A stretch of DNA of 64,000 nucleotides from Patescibacteria group bacterium (GTDB taxonomy: Bacteria > Patescibacteriota > Microgenomatia > 0-14-0-10-38-17), in assembly GCA_050953885.1 (NCBI GenBank), contig JBMNNJ010000001.1, positions 74,132 through 138,131 on the forward strand, given 5' to 3'. The translations under genes were made by a program, and so were the position numbers. This document shows positions 1 to 8,444 of this stretch, one piece after another; within the stretch, counting starts at the first letter, position 1, and every line of letters starts with the position of its first letter. The notes under the pieces were generated by a model. That model was given only the letters and a program-made list of their open reading frames with translations. It was not told where the DNA came from and searched no databases.

Positions 1-1
1 T

Positions 2-1174
2 CGCGGCCACCGGCGCACCTATGTGGGGGCTCTGCCGGGGAGAATAATTCAGGGGATGAAAGAAGCGGGGACCAAAAACCCGGTTTTTATGCTTGACGAA
101 ATTGATAAGGTGGGGGCGGATTTTCGCGGCGATCCGGCCAGCGCCTTGCTTGAAGCATTGGATCCGGAGCAAAATAAAGAGTTTTCCGATCATTATCTTG
201 AGGTCCCTTATGATCTTTCTGAGGTTTTTTTCATCGCTACCGGTAATGTTTTAGATAATATTTTGCCTCCTTTGCGCGACCGAATGGAGATTATCCATTT
301 CCCCGGTTATACCGATGAGGAAAAGTATTTTATTGCCAAACGCTATCTTTGGCCGAAGCAATTAGAAGCTAATAGTCTTGAAAAAGAGGGAATTACCATT
401 ACGCCGGCGGCTTTGTATAAAATTATTCGTTCTTATACACGCGAGGCGGGAGTCCGTCAGCTGGAAAGAGAGTTGTCGAGGATTGCCAGAAAAAAGGCTC
501 GTCAGGTGGCGGAAGGAAAAAAAGTCGAGAAAAAAATTACCCCTGCTCAGCTTCACTCCCTGCTGGGGCCGGTGGAGTTTTCCTCTTTGGCGGCAGAGAC
601 CAAAGAAGAGGTGGGACGAGCCACGGGATTAGCCTGGACGCAGGCAGGGGGAGAAATTTTATTTATCGAGGTGGCGTTAATGCCGGGGAGAGGACAAATT
701 CTTTTAACCGGCCATTTGGGCGAGGTGATGAAGGAGTCCTGCCAAGCGGCAATTTCCTATGTCCGTAGCCATTGGGAGAAATTGGGGTTAAAAAAAGATT
801 TTAATAAGAATTTGGATATTCATGTCCATGTTCCCGAGGGGGCAGTGCCTAAAGATGGTCCTTCGGCGGGGGTGGCCATTGCCACAGCGGTGGTCTCAGC
901 GCTCACCGGCAAGCCGGTGAGAAGCGAGGTGGGGATGACGGGAGAAATTACCCTGCGGGGGAAGGTTTTGGAAATTGGCGGGGTAAAAGAAAAAGTTTTA
1001 GCCGCTCACCGCGCCGGTTTGAAAAAAGTGGTTTTACCAAAGGATAACAAGAAAAATTTGGAGGATATTCCAGCAAAAATCAGGAAGGAGATGAAATTTG
1101 TTTTTGCCGAAAATTTAGATGAGGTTTTTAAAGAGGCTTTGGTGGAGAATAAAAAGAAAAAATTAAAGACTTAA
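2..1174 (+). CDS. lon: ATP-dependent Lon protease, 5'-truncated by the window edge
   Basis: Frame is open from base 2 ([13 protein letters not shown]). Walker [15 protein letters not shown] catalytic Ser motif and IGGVKEK catalytic Lys motif are present. Confidence 0.97.
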   Translation, partial: RGHRRTYVGALPGRIIQGMKEAGTKNPVFMLDEIDKVGADFRGDPASALLEALDPEQNKEFSDHYLEVPYDLSEVFFIATGNVLDNILPPLRDRMEIIHFPGYTDEEKYFIAKRYLWPKQLEANSLEKEGITITPAALYKIIRSYTREAGVRQLERELSRIARKKARQVAEGKKVEKKITPAQLHSLLGPVEFSSLAAETKEEVGRATGLAWTQAGGEILFIEVALMPGRGQILLTGHLGEVMKESCQAAISYVRSHWEKLGLKKDFNKNLDIHVHVPEGAVPKDGPSAGVAIATAVVSALTGKPVRSEVGMTGEITLRGKVLEIGGVKEKVLAAHRAGLKKVVLPKDNKKNLEDIPAKIRKEMKFVFAENLDEVFKEALVENKKKKLKT

Positions 1175-1486
1175 TTTTTTCCGTAATTGCTTAATTTCTA
1201 AAAGTGTTTTAGTAAGAATATTTGCTTTGCGTAGAGGAACAGCGTTGGAAGGAAGAACGCCTTCAGGAAATTTGTTTCCTATGATTTCTACTTCATTATT
1301 AACGCTGTAGATAATCTTAGGATTGGCAAGGGGAAAATCTTGGTTAAAGGATAATTGCTTTTCTTCTTCCAGGCGCTCTTTACCTTGCTTTAAATTTTGG
1401 CTTTTGGGTGTCTGCAACATCTCTTTTCTTGCTCTCCCCCAGCTAAGCCGGGCTATATATCGTTCGTTTTCTACTATTCTGGCCAT
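1163..1486 (-). CDS. hypothetical protein (107 aa)
   Basis: ATG-started ORF filling the gap between the tRNA-Glu 3' end and lon, convergent with lon. No recognisable motif. Confidence 0.45.
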   Translation of the reverse strand: MARIVENERYIARLSWGRARKEMLQTPKSQNLKQGKERLEEEKQLSFNQDFPLANPKIIYSVNNEVEIIGNKFPEGVLPSNAVPLRKANILTKTLLEIKQLRKKLSL

Positions 1487-1502
1487 GTTATGTTTTAATT
1501 TG

Positions 1503-1574
1503 TAGCCCCATCGGGATTTGAACCCGAATTGCCAGGATGAGAACCTGGTGTCCTAACCGTTAGACGATAGGGCC
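1503..1574 (-). tRNA. tRNA-Glu (anticodon CTC); CCA not encoded
   Basis: Reverse complement reads GGCCCTATCGTCTAACGGTTAGGACACCAGG-TT-CTC-AT-CCTGGCAATTCGGGTTCAAATCCCGATGGGGCTA. Acceptor stem, D arm, anticodon stem CCAGG/CCTGG and GTTCAAATC T loop are all present. Confidence 0.96.
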
Positions 1575-1662
1575 GGAAAATTTTCTGCCGTCGGCAGAAA
1601 ATTTAATCCGCCAGCTGGTGGATTGCCTTTTGACTTTTCTATTATATCTTCTTTCCTTTTTC

Positions 1663-1691
1663 TTGACAAGGGAAGGTTAAAGTAATATAAT
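1663..1691 (+). promoter_or_regulatory. consensus sigma70 promoter for greA-lysS
   Basis: TTGACA (1663-1668), a 17-bp spacer, then TATAAT (1686-1691), upstream of greA. Confidence 0.85.
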
Positions 1692-1784
1692 CCCTTCATT
1701 CTTTAAATTTTCCAAGGCGGAAACGTTTTTTAATCTGCAGAAAAAGGGCTTCTTCTGGGTTATTTTTAGCTACGTTTTTTGAAT

Positions 1785-2243
1785 ATGGATAAAAAAATAT
1801 TAACTCCTGAAGGATTTCGTGATCTTCAGGAAAAATTAGACCAGTTAAGAAAAAAGCGACCGGCGATTTTGGACCGGCTGGAACATGCTCGAAATATGGG
1901 TGATTTGGCAGAGAATAGCGAATATACCCAAGCTAAGCAAGATTTGGAATTTTTGGACCACCAGATTGACGAGTTAGAAGAGAAAATTAGCCAAGCGCAA
2001 GTGGTTGGCGACGAGGATAAAAACGGTCAGGTAAAAATTGGTAGCCGGGTAGAGGTGGTTTTGGGCCAAAAAACGAGTGTTCTTTCGGTTGTTGGCGATG
2101 ATGAGGGCAATCCTTTGGCGGCAAAAATTTCTTATTCCTCGCCCTTAGGCCAAGCTCTTTTGGGGAAAAAAGCCGGCGAGGAAGCAGTGCTTAAAACCCC
2201 AACGGGGGAAGAATTAGTTTATAAGATTAAAAAAGTTAGTTAA
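1785..2243 (+). CDS. greA: transcription elongation factor GreA
   Basis: GDLAENSEY motif and C-terminal ISYSSPLGQALLG. ATG at 1785 preferred over TTG at 1779. Confidence 0.95.
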   Translation: MDKKILTPEGFRDLQEKLDQLRKKRPAILDRLEHARNMGDLAENSEYTQAKQDLEFLDHQIDELEEKISQAQVVGDEDKNGQVKIGSRVEVVLGQKTSVLSVVGDDEGNPLAAKISYSSPLGQALLGKKAGEEAVLKTPTGEELVYKIKKVS

Positions 2244-2276
2244 AAGAGAATTTTTTGTGGTAAACTAAGGCTTAAG

Positions 2277-3737
2277 ATGAATGCGCGTTTGGAAGAAATT
2301 CGTCAAGAGAGAATTAAGAAACTTCAACAGTGGCGCCAATTTGGCGTTGATCCTTTTCCTCCCCGCACCCCCCCGAGAGAACCAATAGAAGAGGCAAGAA
2401 AAAAAGAAGGAGAAAAAGTGAGCGTTTGCGGGCGGATTAAGGCTTGGCGGGGTCATGGCGGCTCTTCTTTTGCCGATCTTTACGATCAGAGCGGCAAGAT
2501 TCAACTTTTTTTCAGCCGTCGTGATTTAGGAGAAGAAAATTATCAGCGTCTTGAGCTTTTGGATATTGGTGACTTTCTTTTTGCTCAGGGGGAAGTTTTT
2601 ACCACCCAAAAAGGGGAAGTAAGCATTAAAGTTTCTTCTTACCAGCTTTTAGCTAAGTCTTTACGTCCTTTGCCGGGAAAATGGCGAGGGTTGCGGGATA
2701 TTGAATTGCGTTGCCGCAAGCGCTATTTGGATCTTTTAGTTAATCCTTCTTCGCGGGATGTTTTTTTAAAACGAAGCCAAATAGTGAGTTTCATGCGCTC
2801 TTTTTTGGAAAAAAGAGGCTTTTTAGAGGTAGAAACCCCCACACTTCAGCCAATTTACGGCGGGGCTTCGGCGCGGCCTTTTGTTACCCATCATCACGCC
2901 TTAGATGTTGATCTTTATCTGAAGGTTTCCGACGAGCTTTATCTTAAGCGGTTGATTATTGGGGGGATTGAGAAGGTTTTTGAAATTGACCATAATTTCC
3001 GGAATGAAGGCATTGATAAGCATCATAATCCGGAGTTTACGATGATGGAATGCTACTGGGCTTATGCCGATTATCAGGATATGATGACGCTGACAGAAGA
3101 GCTTTTTTCACAATTGGCCAAGGAAGTTTTAGGCAAGACGATAATTTCCTATCAAGGCCATAAAATTAACTTAAAAGCGCCTTGGGAAAGAATAAACATG
3201 GCCGAAGCTATTAAGCACTACTTGGGTTGGGACGCTAAAAAGATAAGCGATCGGGAGTTAAAGAAAAAGTTGGCGCAAAGGAAAATTACCTTGCCGGGAA
3301 AATTTAACCGGGGTTTGGCAATTGCCGCTCTTTTTGAGGAAGTAGAACCTTATTTAATTCAGCCTACGATCATCTATGATTATCCTAAGGAAACAACGAT
3401 GCTTTGCAAGTTAAAGCCCGGGAATCCGGATTTAATTGAACGCTTTGAGCCTTATATTGCCGGCATGGAGGTGGGCAATGCTTATTCGGAATTAAATGAT
3501 CCCCTTCTTCAACGAGAGTTTTTTGCGGATCAAGTAAGAAGAAAAAAAGCTGGCGAAGAAGAAGCCACGCCCATGGATGAGGATTTTCTTGAGGCAATGG
3601 AGTATGGGATGCCCCCTACCGGGGGTTTAGGAATTGGTATTGACCGGATGGTGATGCTTTTAACGGGGCAGGAAAATATTCGCGATGTGATTTTATTCCC
3701 AACGCTTAAGCCGAAGAAAGAAGAGAAGAGTATTTAG
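2277..3737 (+). CDS. lysS: lysine--tRNA ligase (class II)
   Basis: OB-fold N-terminus, FLEVETP, YGGASARPF, NFRNEG...HNPEFT, YGMPPTGGLGIGIDR. Confidence 0.98.
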   Translation: MNARLEEIRQERIKKLQQWRQFGVDPFPPRTPPREPIEEARKKEGEKVSVCGRIKAWRGHGGSSFADLYDQSGKIQLFFSRRDLGEENYQRLELLDIGDFLFAQGEVFTTQKGEVSIKVSSYQLLAKSLRPLPGKWRGLRDIELRCRKRYLDLLVNPSSRDVFLKRSQIVSFMRSFLEKRGFLEVETPTLQPIYGGASARPFVTHHHALDVDLYLKVSDELYLKRLIIGGIEKVFEIDHNFRNEGIDKHHNPEFTMMECYWAYADYQDMMTLTEELFSQLAKEVLGKTIISYQGHKINLKAPWERINMAEAIKHYLGWDAKKISDRELKKKLAQRKITLPGKFNRGLAIAALFEEVEPYLIQPTIIYDYPKETTMLCKLKPGNPDLIERFEPYIAGMEVGNAYSELNDPLLQREFFADQVRRKKAGEEEATPMDEDFLEAMEYGMPPTGGLGIGIDRMVMLLTGQENIRDVILFPTLKPKKEEKSI

Positions 3738-3862
3738 TATTAAGTATCAGGTATGAAAATGTTAAATAGAAATTGGGAATTCGCCCCGCTCTGGCGGGGC
3801 TGAAATTAAGAAATTGAAAATGGGGAAAAATTTTGTTTCATTATTGCGGGCTGACCATAACT

Positions 3863-4023
3863 GTCATTCTGACGAAAGTCAGAACGAATAACTAAATTCA
3901 AAAGTTAAAATTTAAAAGTCAAAAGTACAAGTTAAAATTAAAAAGTAGAGCAAAAAGAACTTTTAACTTTTGACTTGCAATTTTGATCCGCCAGCTGGCG
4001 GATTGACTTTTGAATTTTGAATT
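3863..4023. repeat. CGTC-type REP remnant plus heptamer-periodic fold-back element carrying a TCCGCCAGCTGGCGGA insertion (3987-4002)
   Basis: GTCATTCTGACGAAAGTCAGAA at 3863. Then TCAAAAG/TTAAAAT units and their complements, nearly identical to the reverse complement of 25021-25139. Confidence 0.85.
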
Positions 4024-4094
4024 ATTTTTTCGTCTTCTATTCGTGTCAATTCGTGTATCTTAGTAATTTGACAATATAACAATTTAGTTTATCT

Positions 4095-4643
4095 ATGATC
4101 ACTCGTGAAGAAGCCTTAAAACTTTTGGAAGAAAATTTATCCAATCAAAATTTGGTAAAGCATAGTTTGGCTTCAGAAGCAGTAATGCGCGCTTTGGCGC
4201 GTTATTTGGGCGAGAATGAAGAGGAGTGGGGTTTGGCCGGGCTTTTGCATGATTTAGACGCTCAAATTGTCTCGCCCCAAGAGCATGGTTTGAAAACGGT
4301 GGCCATTTTGGGAGAAAGGATCACTCCTGCCATGGCGCAGGCGATTAAGGCTCATAACCAACCTTTTAATAATATTAAACGAGAAAGCAAGTTTGATTAC
4401 GCTTTGGCAGCGGGGGAAACAATTACCGGTTTAATTGTCGCTTCAACGTTGGTTTTGCCGAGCAAAAAATTAGCCGATTTAAAAGCCGAGAGTGTTTTGA
4501 AAAGATTTGGGGAAAAGCATTTTGCCGCTGGGGCGCGGCGGGAAGATATTATTTTATGCGAAAAGCTGGGATTAAGCTTGGAAGAGTTTGTTTCCCTTGC
4601 CTTAAAAGCGATGCAGGAGGTAAGCGGGGAATTAGGGTTATAA
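4095..4643 (+). CDS. HD-domain (HDIG-type) phosphohydrolase
   Basis: NLVKHSLA, GLLHDLD, AIKAHN and KHFAAGARR motifs. Confidence 0.85.
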   Translation: MITREEALKLLEENLSNQNLVKHSLASEAVMRALARYLGENEEEWGLAGLLHDLDAQIVSPQEHGLKTVAILGERITPAMAQAIKAHNQPFNNIKRESKFDYALAAGETITGLIVASTLVLPSKKLADLKAESVLKRFGEKHFAAGARREDIILCEKLGLSLEEFVSLALKAMQEVSGELGL

Positions 4644-4747
4644 TAAGATAAATTATTAAACTGTTAAATTGTTATATTTTTTAGAAAATTCAAAATTAAA
4701 ACAAAAAAAACTTTTGACTTTTGAATTTTGCATTTTGAATTATCTTT

Positions 4748-6004
4748 ATGCTTTCTATCGACTTTATTCGCCAAAACAAGGAGTTGGTTAAAAAGGAAGC
4801 GGTAGAAAAACAGCTTGATCCCAAGGTGGTGGATCAGCTTTTAGCCATTGACGAGGAAAGGCGGGAGCTAATTCAGAAAATAGAAGTCCTGCGTCAGCAA
4901 AGAAAAACTGCTTCTCAAAAGAGAGACATTGAGACGGGGAAAAAGATAAAAGAAGAGTTGGGAAAGCTTGAGTCGGAGCTTAAAAAGAAAGAAGAGGAAT
5001 ATAAAAACCTCATGCTTTTGGTTCCCAATATTTCCTCGCCGGATACACCCCTGGAAGATAAGGAAATTTATCGTTGGGGTAAGAAGCCAAAATTTAATTT
5101 TCCGCCGCTTTCTCATCTTGAGTTGGGGGAAAAGTTAGACCTTATTGACCTTGAAAAAGGAGTGCAAACCGCCGGCTTTAGGGGTTATTATCTTAAAAAT
5201 GAAGCGGCCCAACTTCATTTTGCCCTTCTTTTTTATGCTTGGCAGAAAATTATCAGCAAAGGCTTTACTCCGCTGTTAGTGCCAACAATTTTGCGGGAAT
5301 TTGCTCTCTTAGGAAGCGGCCATTTTCCTTTTGGCCGGGAGGATATCTATCAGATTGCCAATCCCGGTAAGCTTGAAAGCGGGAAAACCATAAGCGAACC
5401 ATTGTTTTTAGCCGGTACCGCCGAACCCTCTCTTTTGGCATATTTTGCCAACGAAACTTTAAAAGAAGAGGATTTGCCGGTTAAAGTTTGCGGCTGGACA
5501 CAGTGTTATCGCTCGGAGGTGGGCAGTTACGGCCGTGACACGCAAGGGATTTACCGGATTCATGAGTTTATGAAGGTGGAACAGGTAGTTTTATGCCCGG
5601 CCGATGAGAAAGTTTCTGACGAGTGGTTGGAGAAAATGCGTATTTATTCGGAAGAAATTTTGCGTGATTTAAAACTTCCTTATCGGGTTATTCAAGTAGG
5701 GAAAAAAGAAATGGGGGCAGGAAAGAGGAAAATGTATGACTTGGAAACCTGGATGCCCTCGCGGCAAGGTTATGGGGAAACCCATTCCGATTCAAATTTA
5801 ACCGACTGGCAGGCGCGGCGGTTAAATATTAAGTATAAGACCAAAAAAGGAGAAATAAAGTTTGTACATTGTCTTAATAACACCGTTTTGGCCTCGCCGC
5901 GAATTTTAATTGCCGTTTTGGAAAATTTTCAGCAAAAAGACGGCTCCATTTTAATCCCCAAAGTTTTACAAAAACTGGTCGGAAAGAAAAAAATCGCCCG
6001 CTGA
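4748..6004 (+). CDS. serS: serine--tRNA ligase
   Basis: N-terminal coiled coil, GTAE, CYRSEVGSYGRDTQGIYRIHEFMKVEQ, DWQARRL, HCLNNT. Confidence 0.97.
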   Translation: MLSIDFIRQNKELVKKEAVEKQLDPKVVDQLLAIDEERRELIQKIEVLRQQRKTASQKRDIETGKKIKEELGKLESELKKKEEEYKNLMLLVPNISSPDTPLEDKEIYRWGKKPKFNFPPLSHLELGEKLDLIDLEKGVQTAGFRGYYLKNEAAQLHFALLFYAWQKIISKGFTPLLVPTILREFALLGSGHFPFGREDIYQIANPGKLESGKTISEPLFLAGTAEPSLLAYFANETLKEEDLPVKVCGWTQCYRSEVGSYGRDTQGIYRIHEFMKVEQVVLCPADEKVSDEWLEKMRIYSEEILRDLKLPYRVIQVGKKEMGAGKRKMYDLETWMPSRQGYGETHSDSNLTDWQARRLNIKYKTKKGEIKFVHCLNNTVLASPRILIAVLENFQQKDGSILIPKVLQKLVGKKKIAR

Positions 6005-6100
6005 GTCCCGGTGTTAATTAACTTTCAAGCTCAAAAAATCCTTCGAAAAAAGGACAGGGGTTTTTCTTGTTTTTTTGACGTGATAAGCAAATACTATAGA

Positions 6101-6128
6101 CACTAAATTGCTATATAGTAATTTAGTG
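6101..6128. repeat. AT-rich 28-bp palindrome, copy 1
   Basis: CACTAAATTGCTATATAGTAATTTAGTG. A second copy is at 16330-16355. Confidence 0.75.
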
Positions 6129-6200
6129 AAAAATTAAGAAAATTTTTTTTGGGGGGAGCAAATCTAATTTTTTAAAACCTGTCTTTTTAGTCTTGAAACC

Positions 6201-6293
6201 AGAGGTGTAAATAGCCCCGCCGTGGCGGGATCCGCCCCGAGCGGACCGCCAAAGGCGGATCCCGCTATGGCGGGACAACCCACCTCTAAGGTG
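6201..6293. repeat. cluster of nested GC-rich hairpins bracketed by AGAGGTG...CACCTCT
   Basis: CCCGCCGTGGCGGG, TCCGCCCCGAGCGGA, CCGCCAAAGGCGG and CCCGCTATGGCGGG occur in tandem. The mtaB stop codon lies in the right bracket. Confidence 0.75.
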
Positions 6294-8190
6294 TAACTGC
6301 TTTTTCCAGCCAATGGGCGGCTTTTTTTACAAGGGGTTCTTTTTCTTTTTCAGCCAAAGAAAGCATCTTAAAAGCAAGCTCTTCCCAGTTTTCAACTTTA
6401 TTTTTAAGCTTTACGGTGGTTACCAGAGCGGCTCTTTTTAGCCAAATGTTTTCGGAATTTAGCCAATCATAAAGAAGATTATTCTTTTTTGGGGAATTTT
6501 TTAAGACAGGAGCCAAAACTTCGCCGGCAAGAGTGTCAGTTACGGCCCAATTGTTAATATTTTTGGTAATTAATTTTTCTAACCAGGAAATATCTTTTAT
6601 TGCCAAATTTTTTTGGTATAAACCTAAAAGAAAAATCCCCGCCAGCTTGCTATCTAAATTTTTGGTAGAAATTAATTTTTCCGCGGTAGTAAAACAAACC
6701 GCGGTTGTTTTTAACTCTGGATATTCTTTCCAATATTTTTTAATGATTTTTCTGATTTCTTTTGTTCTCACTCCATAAGAAATAATTTTTTCTCCAATTA
6801 ACTTGTTGCGGCTTTGAGCGAATTTTTTATCTTGATTTTTCCGCAGTTCTTGATCAAGAAAGCGGGAAAAGTCTTTATCGGGTTTTTTCAAAAGTAATTT
6901 GCCGTAAAGTTTTTTATTGCCGGCCAGGCCGGTAATTTCTACGGGGATAATTTTGGGCGCTAATTTTTGAGAGGTGTCAATTTCTATTTCCCAAAAATTT
7001 TCCGTCAAGCCTTGCCATGCTTTCCCCCTTTTTCCTAAAATTAAGCAATTTAATTTTTTGCCGATGAGTTTTTTTCCTTCCTCTTGGCGAATTTCTTTGG
7101 TTAGAGCGCGAACTTTTCGGCTTCTTTCTTTTTTAATTTCCGGCGGGATTTCTTTCCAGAGACCCTTTTCAATCATTTTTTCGGCAGTAGTACCCGGTCG
7201 GGGAGAGAAACGAAAGGTGTGGGTAAAGGCAATTCTTGTCTCTTCAATATATTGTAGCGTTTGCCGAAAATCTTCTTCGGTTTCTCCCGGAAAGCCAACT
7301 AAAATGTCCGCCCGCAAATTAAATTCAGGGATTTCTTGTTTTATATATTGTAGTAGCTTTTTTGTTTTATTTAGATCGGTTTTTGGCCGATTCATTAATC
7401 GGTGAAGACGGGGCGAGCCGGTTTGGAGGGCAAGATGAAAATAAATAGAAAGGCGTTTTTCTTGTTGATGGTCTTTTAGATAAGTTTCTATAAGAGAGGG
7501 AGTAATTAAATTAGGGGTAAGTGAGCTTAGGGAAAGGCGAGGGATTTTCGTTTTTGTTAAGATTAAATTGATAAGATCGTTAAGGTTAAGATTGGGTTTT
7601 AAGTCTTGGCCAAAGGCAGAAAGATTAATACCGCATAAAACCACTTCCTGAACACCCCGACCTACCAGTTGGTTAATTTCTTTAATAATTTCTTTTGGCG
7701 GTTTGCTTTGAAAGTTGGGGCGCAAAAGAGGGACGATGCAGAAGGAACAATATTGTTGGCAACCGTCCTGAATTTTTACCCATTCTCGAGCCGGCGCTTC
7801 TTTGCCTTGAAAAGTTTTTTTCTTTTCCGGAAAATGTGGAAAGCAAGACGCGATTATTTGGGGAATTTTTTCTTTATCGGGATTACCAATAAAAAGATCG
7901 GCCGCCGGTAAGTTTATTCCTAATTTTTTTTGGACCTCAACGGCGCAACCGGTGGCCACTAAAAAACTTTGGGGGAATTCTTTCTTAAAATGGTTGATGG
8001 CCTGACGGGCTTCATGCTCGGCTTTTTTAGTAACGGCACAGGTGTTTAAAATGATTAAGTCGGGAGCGGTTTTATTTTTGGTGTCAAAAAGAGCAAAACC
8101 TTTATCAATTAACTCTTCTTGAATTTTTTTGCTTTCTGCTTGGTTAACCCGACAACCGAAGGTTTGGATGAGGAAAGAAGGCGGTTTCAT
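6286..8190 (-). CDS. mtaB: MtaB-family tRNA methylthiotransferase (radical SAM) fused to a C-terminal AlkD-like DNA alkylation repair domain
   Basis: TFGCRVNQAES, NTCAVT, CQQYCSFC, DILVGFPGET, FSPRPGT. The last ~195 aa carry YGVR, NNWAVTD, WLNSENIWLKR and VKKAAHWL. ATG at 8190 chosen because the upstream extension is repeat-derived. Confidence 0.88.
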   Translation of the reverse strand: MKPPSFLIQTFGCRVNQAESKKIQEELIDKGFALFDTKNKTAPDLIILNTCAVTKKAEHEARQAINHFKKEFPQSFLVATGCAVEVQKKLGINLPAADLFIGNPDKEKIPQIIASCFPHFPEKKKTFQGKEAPAREWVKIQDGCQQYCSFCIVPLLRPNFQSKPPKEIIKEINQLVGRGVQEVVLCGINLSAFGQDLKPNLNLNDLINLILTKTKIPRLSLSSLTPNLITPSLIETYLKDHQQEKRLSIYFHLALQTGSPRLHRLMNRPKTDLNKTKKLLQYIKQEIPEFNLRADILVGFPGETEEDFRQTLQYIEETRIAFTHTFRFSPRPGTTAEKMIEKGLWKEIPPEIKKERSRKVRALTKEIRQEEGKKLIGKKLNCLILGKRGKAWQGLTENFWEIEIDTSQKLAPKIIPVEITGLAGNKKLYGKLLLKKPDKDFSRFLDQELRKNQDKKFAQSRNKLIGEKIISYGVRTKEIRKIIKKYWKEYPELKTTAVCFTTAEKLISTKNLDSKLAGIFLLGLYQKNLAIKDISWLEKLITKNINNWAVTDTLAGEVLAPVLKNSPKKNNLLYDWLNSENIWLKRAALVTTVKLKNKVENWEELAFKMLSLAEKEKEPLVKKAAHWLEKAVTP

Positions 8191-8198
8191 GGCTAAAA

Positions 8199-8348
8199 AA
8201 CACGAATTAACGCGAACGGGAAACGAATGAACGCGAATGAGCGAATAATTGGCAAAGCACACGGGATTAAACAGGATGTTTACGGGATGAAACAGGATAA
8301 AAAATCCCGTTCAATCCTGTCCTAAATCCTGTTGTATCCCGTGTGCTT
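8199..8348. repeat. 9-11-nt periodic repeats (ACGCGAAT-type) plus a CAGGAT/ATCCTG fold-back element
   Basis: CACGAATTAACGCGAA... units. Then AAGCACACGGGAT...ATCCCGTGTGCTT (13-bp terminal IR, 8255-8348) with 4 repeat units per arm. Confidence 0.8.
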
Positions 8349-8444
8349 CTCTATCAATTTAGCAATTTAACAATATCGCAGTTTATCTTTTCCATTATAT
8401 CATCAGCCTTAGCCTTGAAAGCAAAGATGGTTTATAATTAAACT

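Noticed and set aside
1163-1503. integrated element at the tRNA-Glu 3' end
   Set aside because: No integrase and no duplicated tRNA 3' end seen; only one short orphan ORF before lon.
8191-8262. N-terminal extension of mtaB in the ORF track
   Set aside because: Translated ACGCGAAT repeats. Homology starts at the ATG at 8190.
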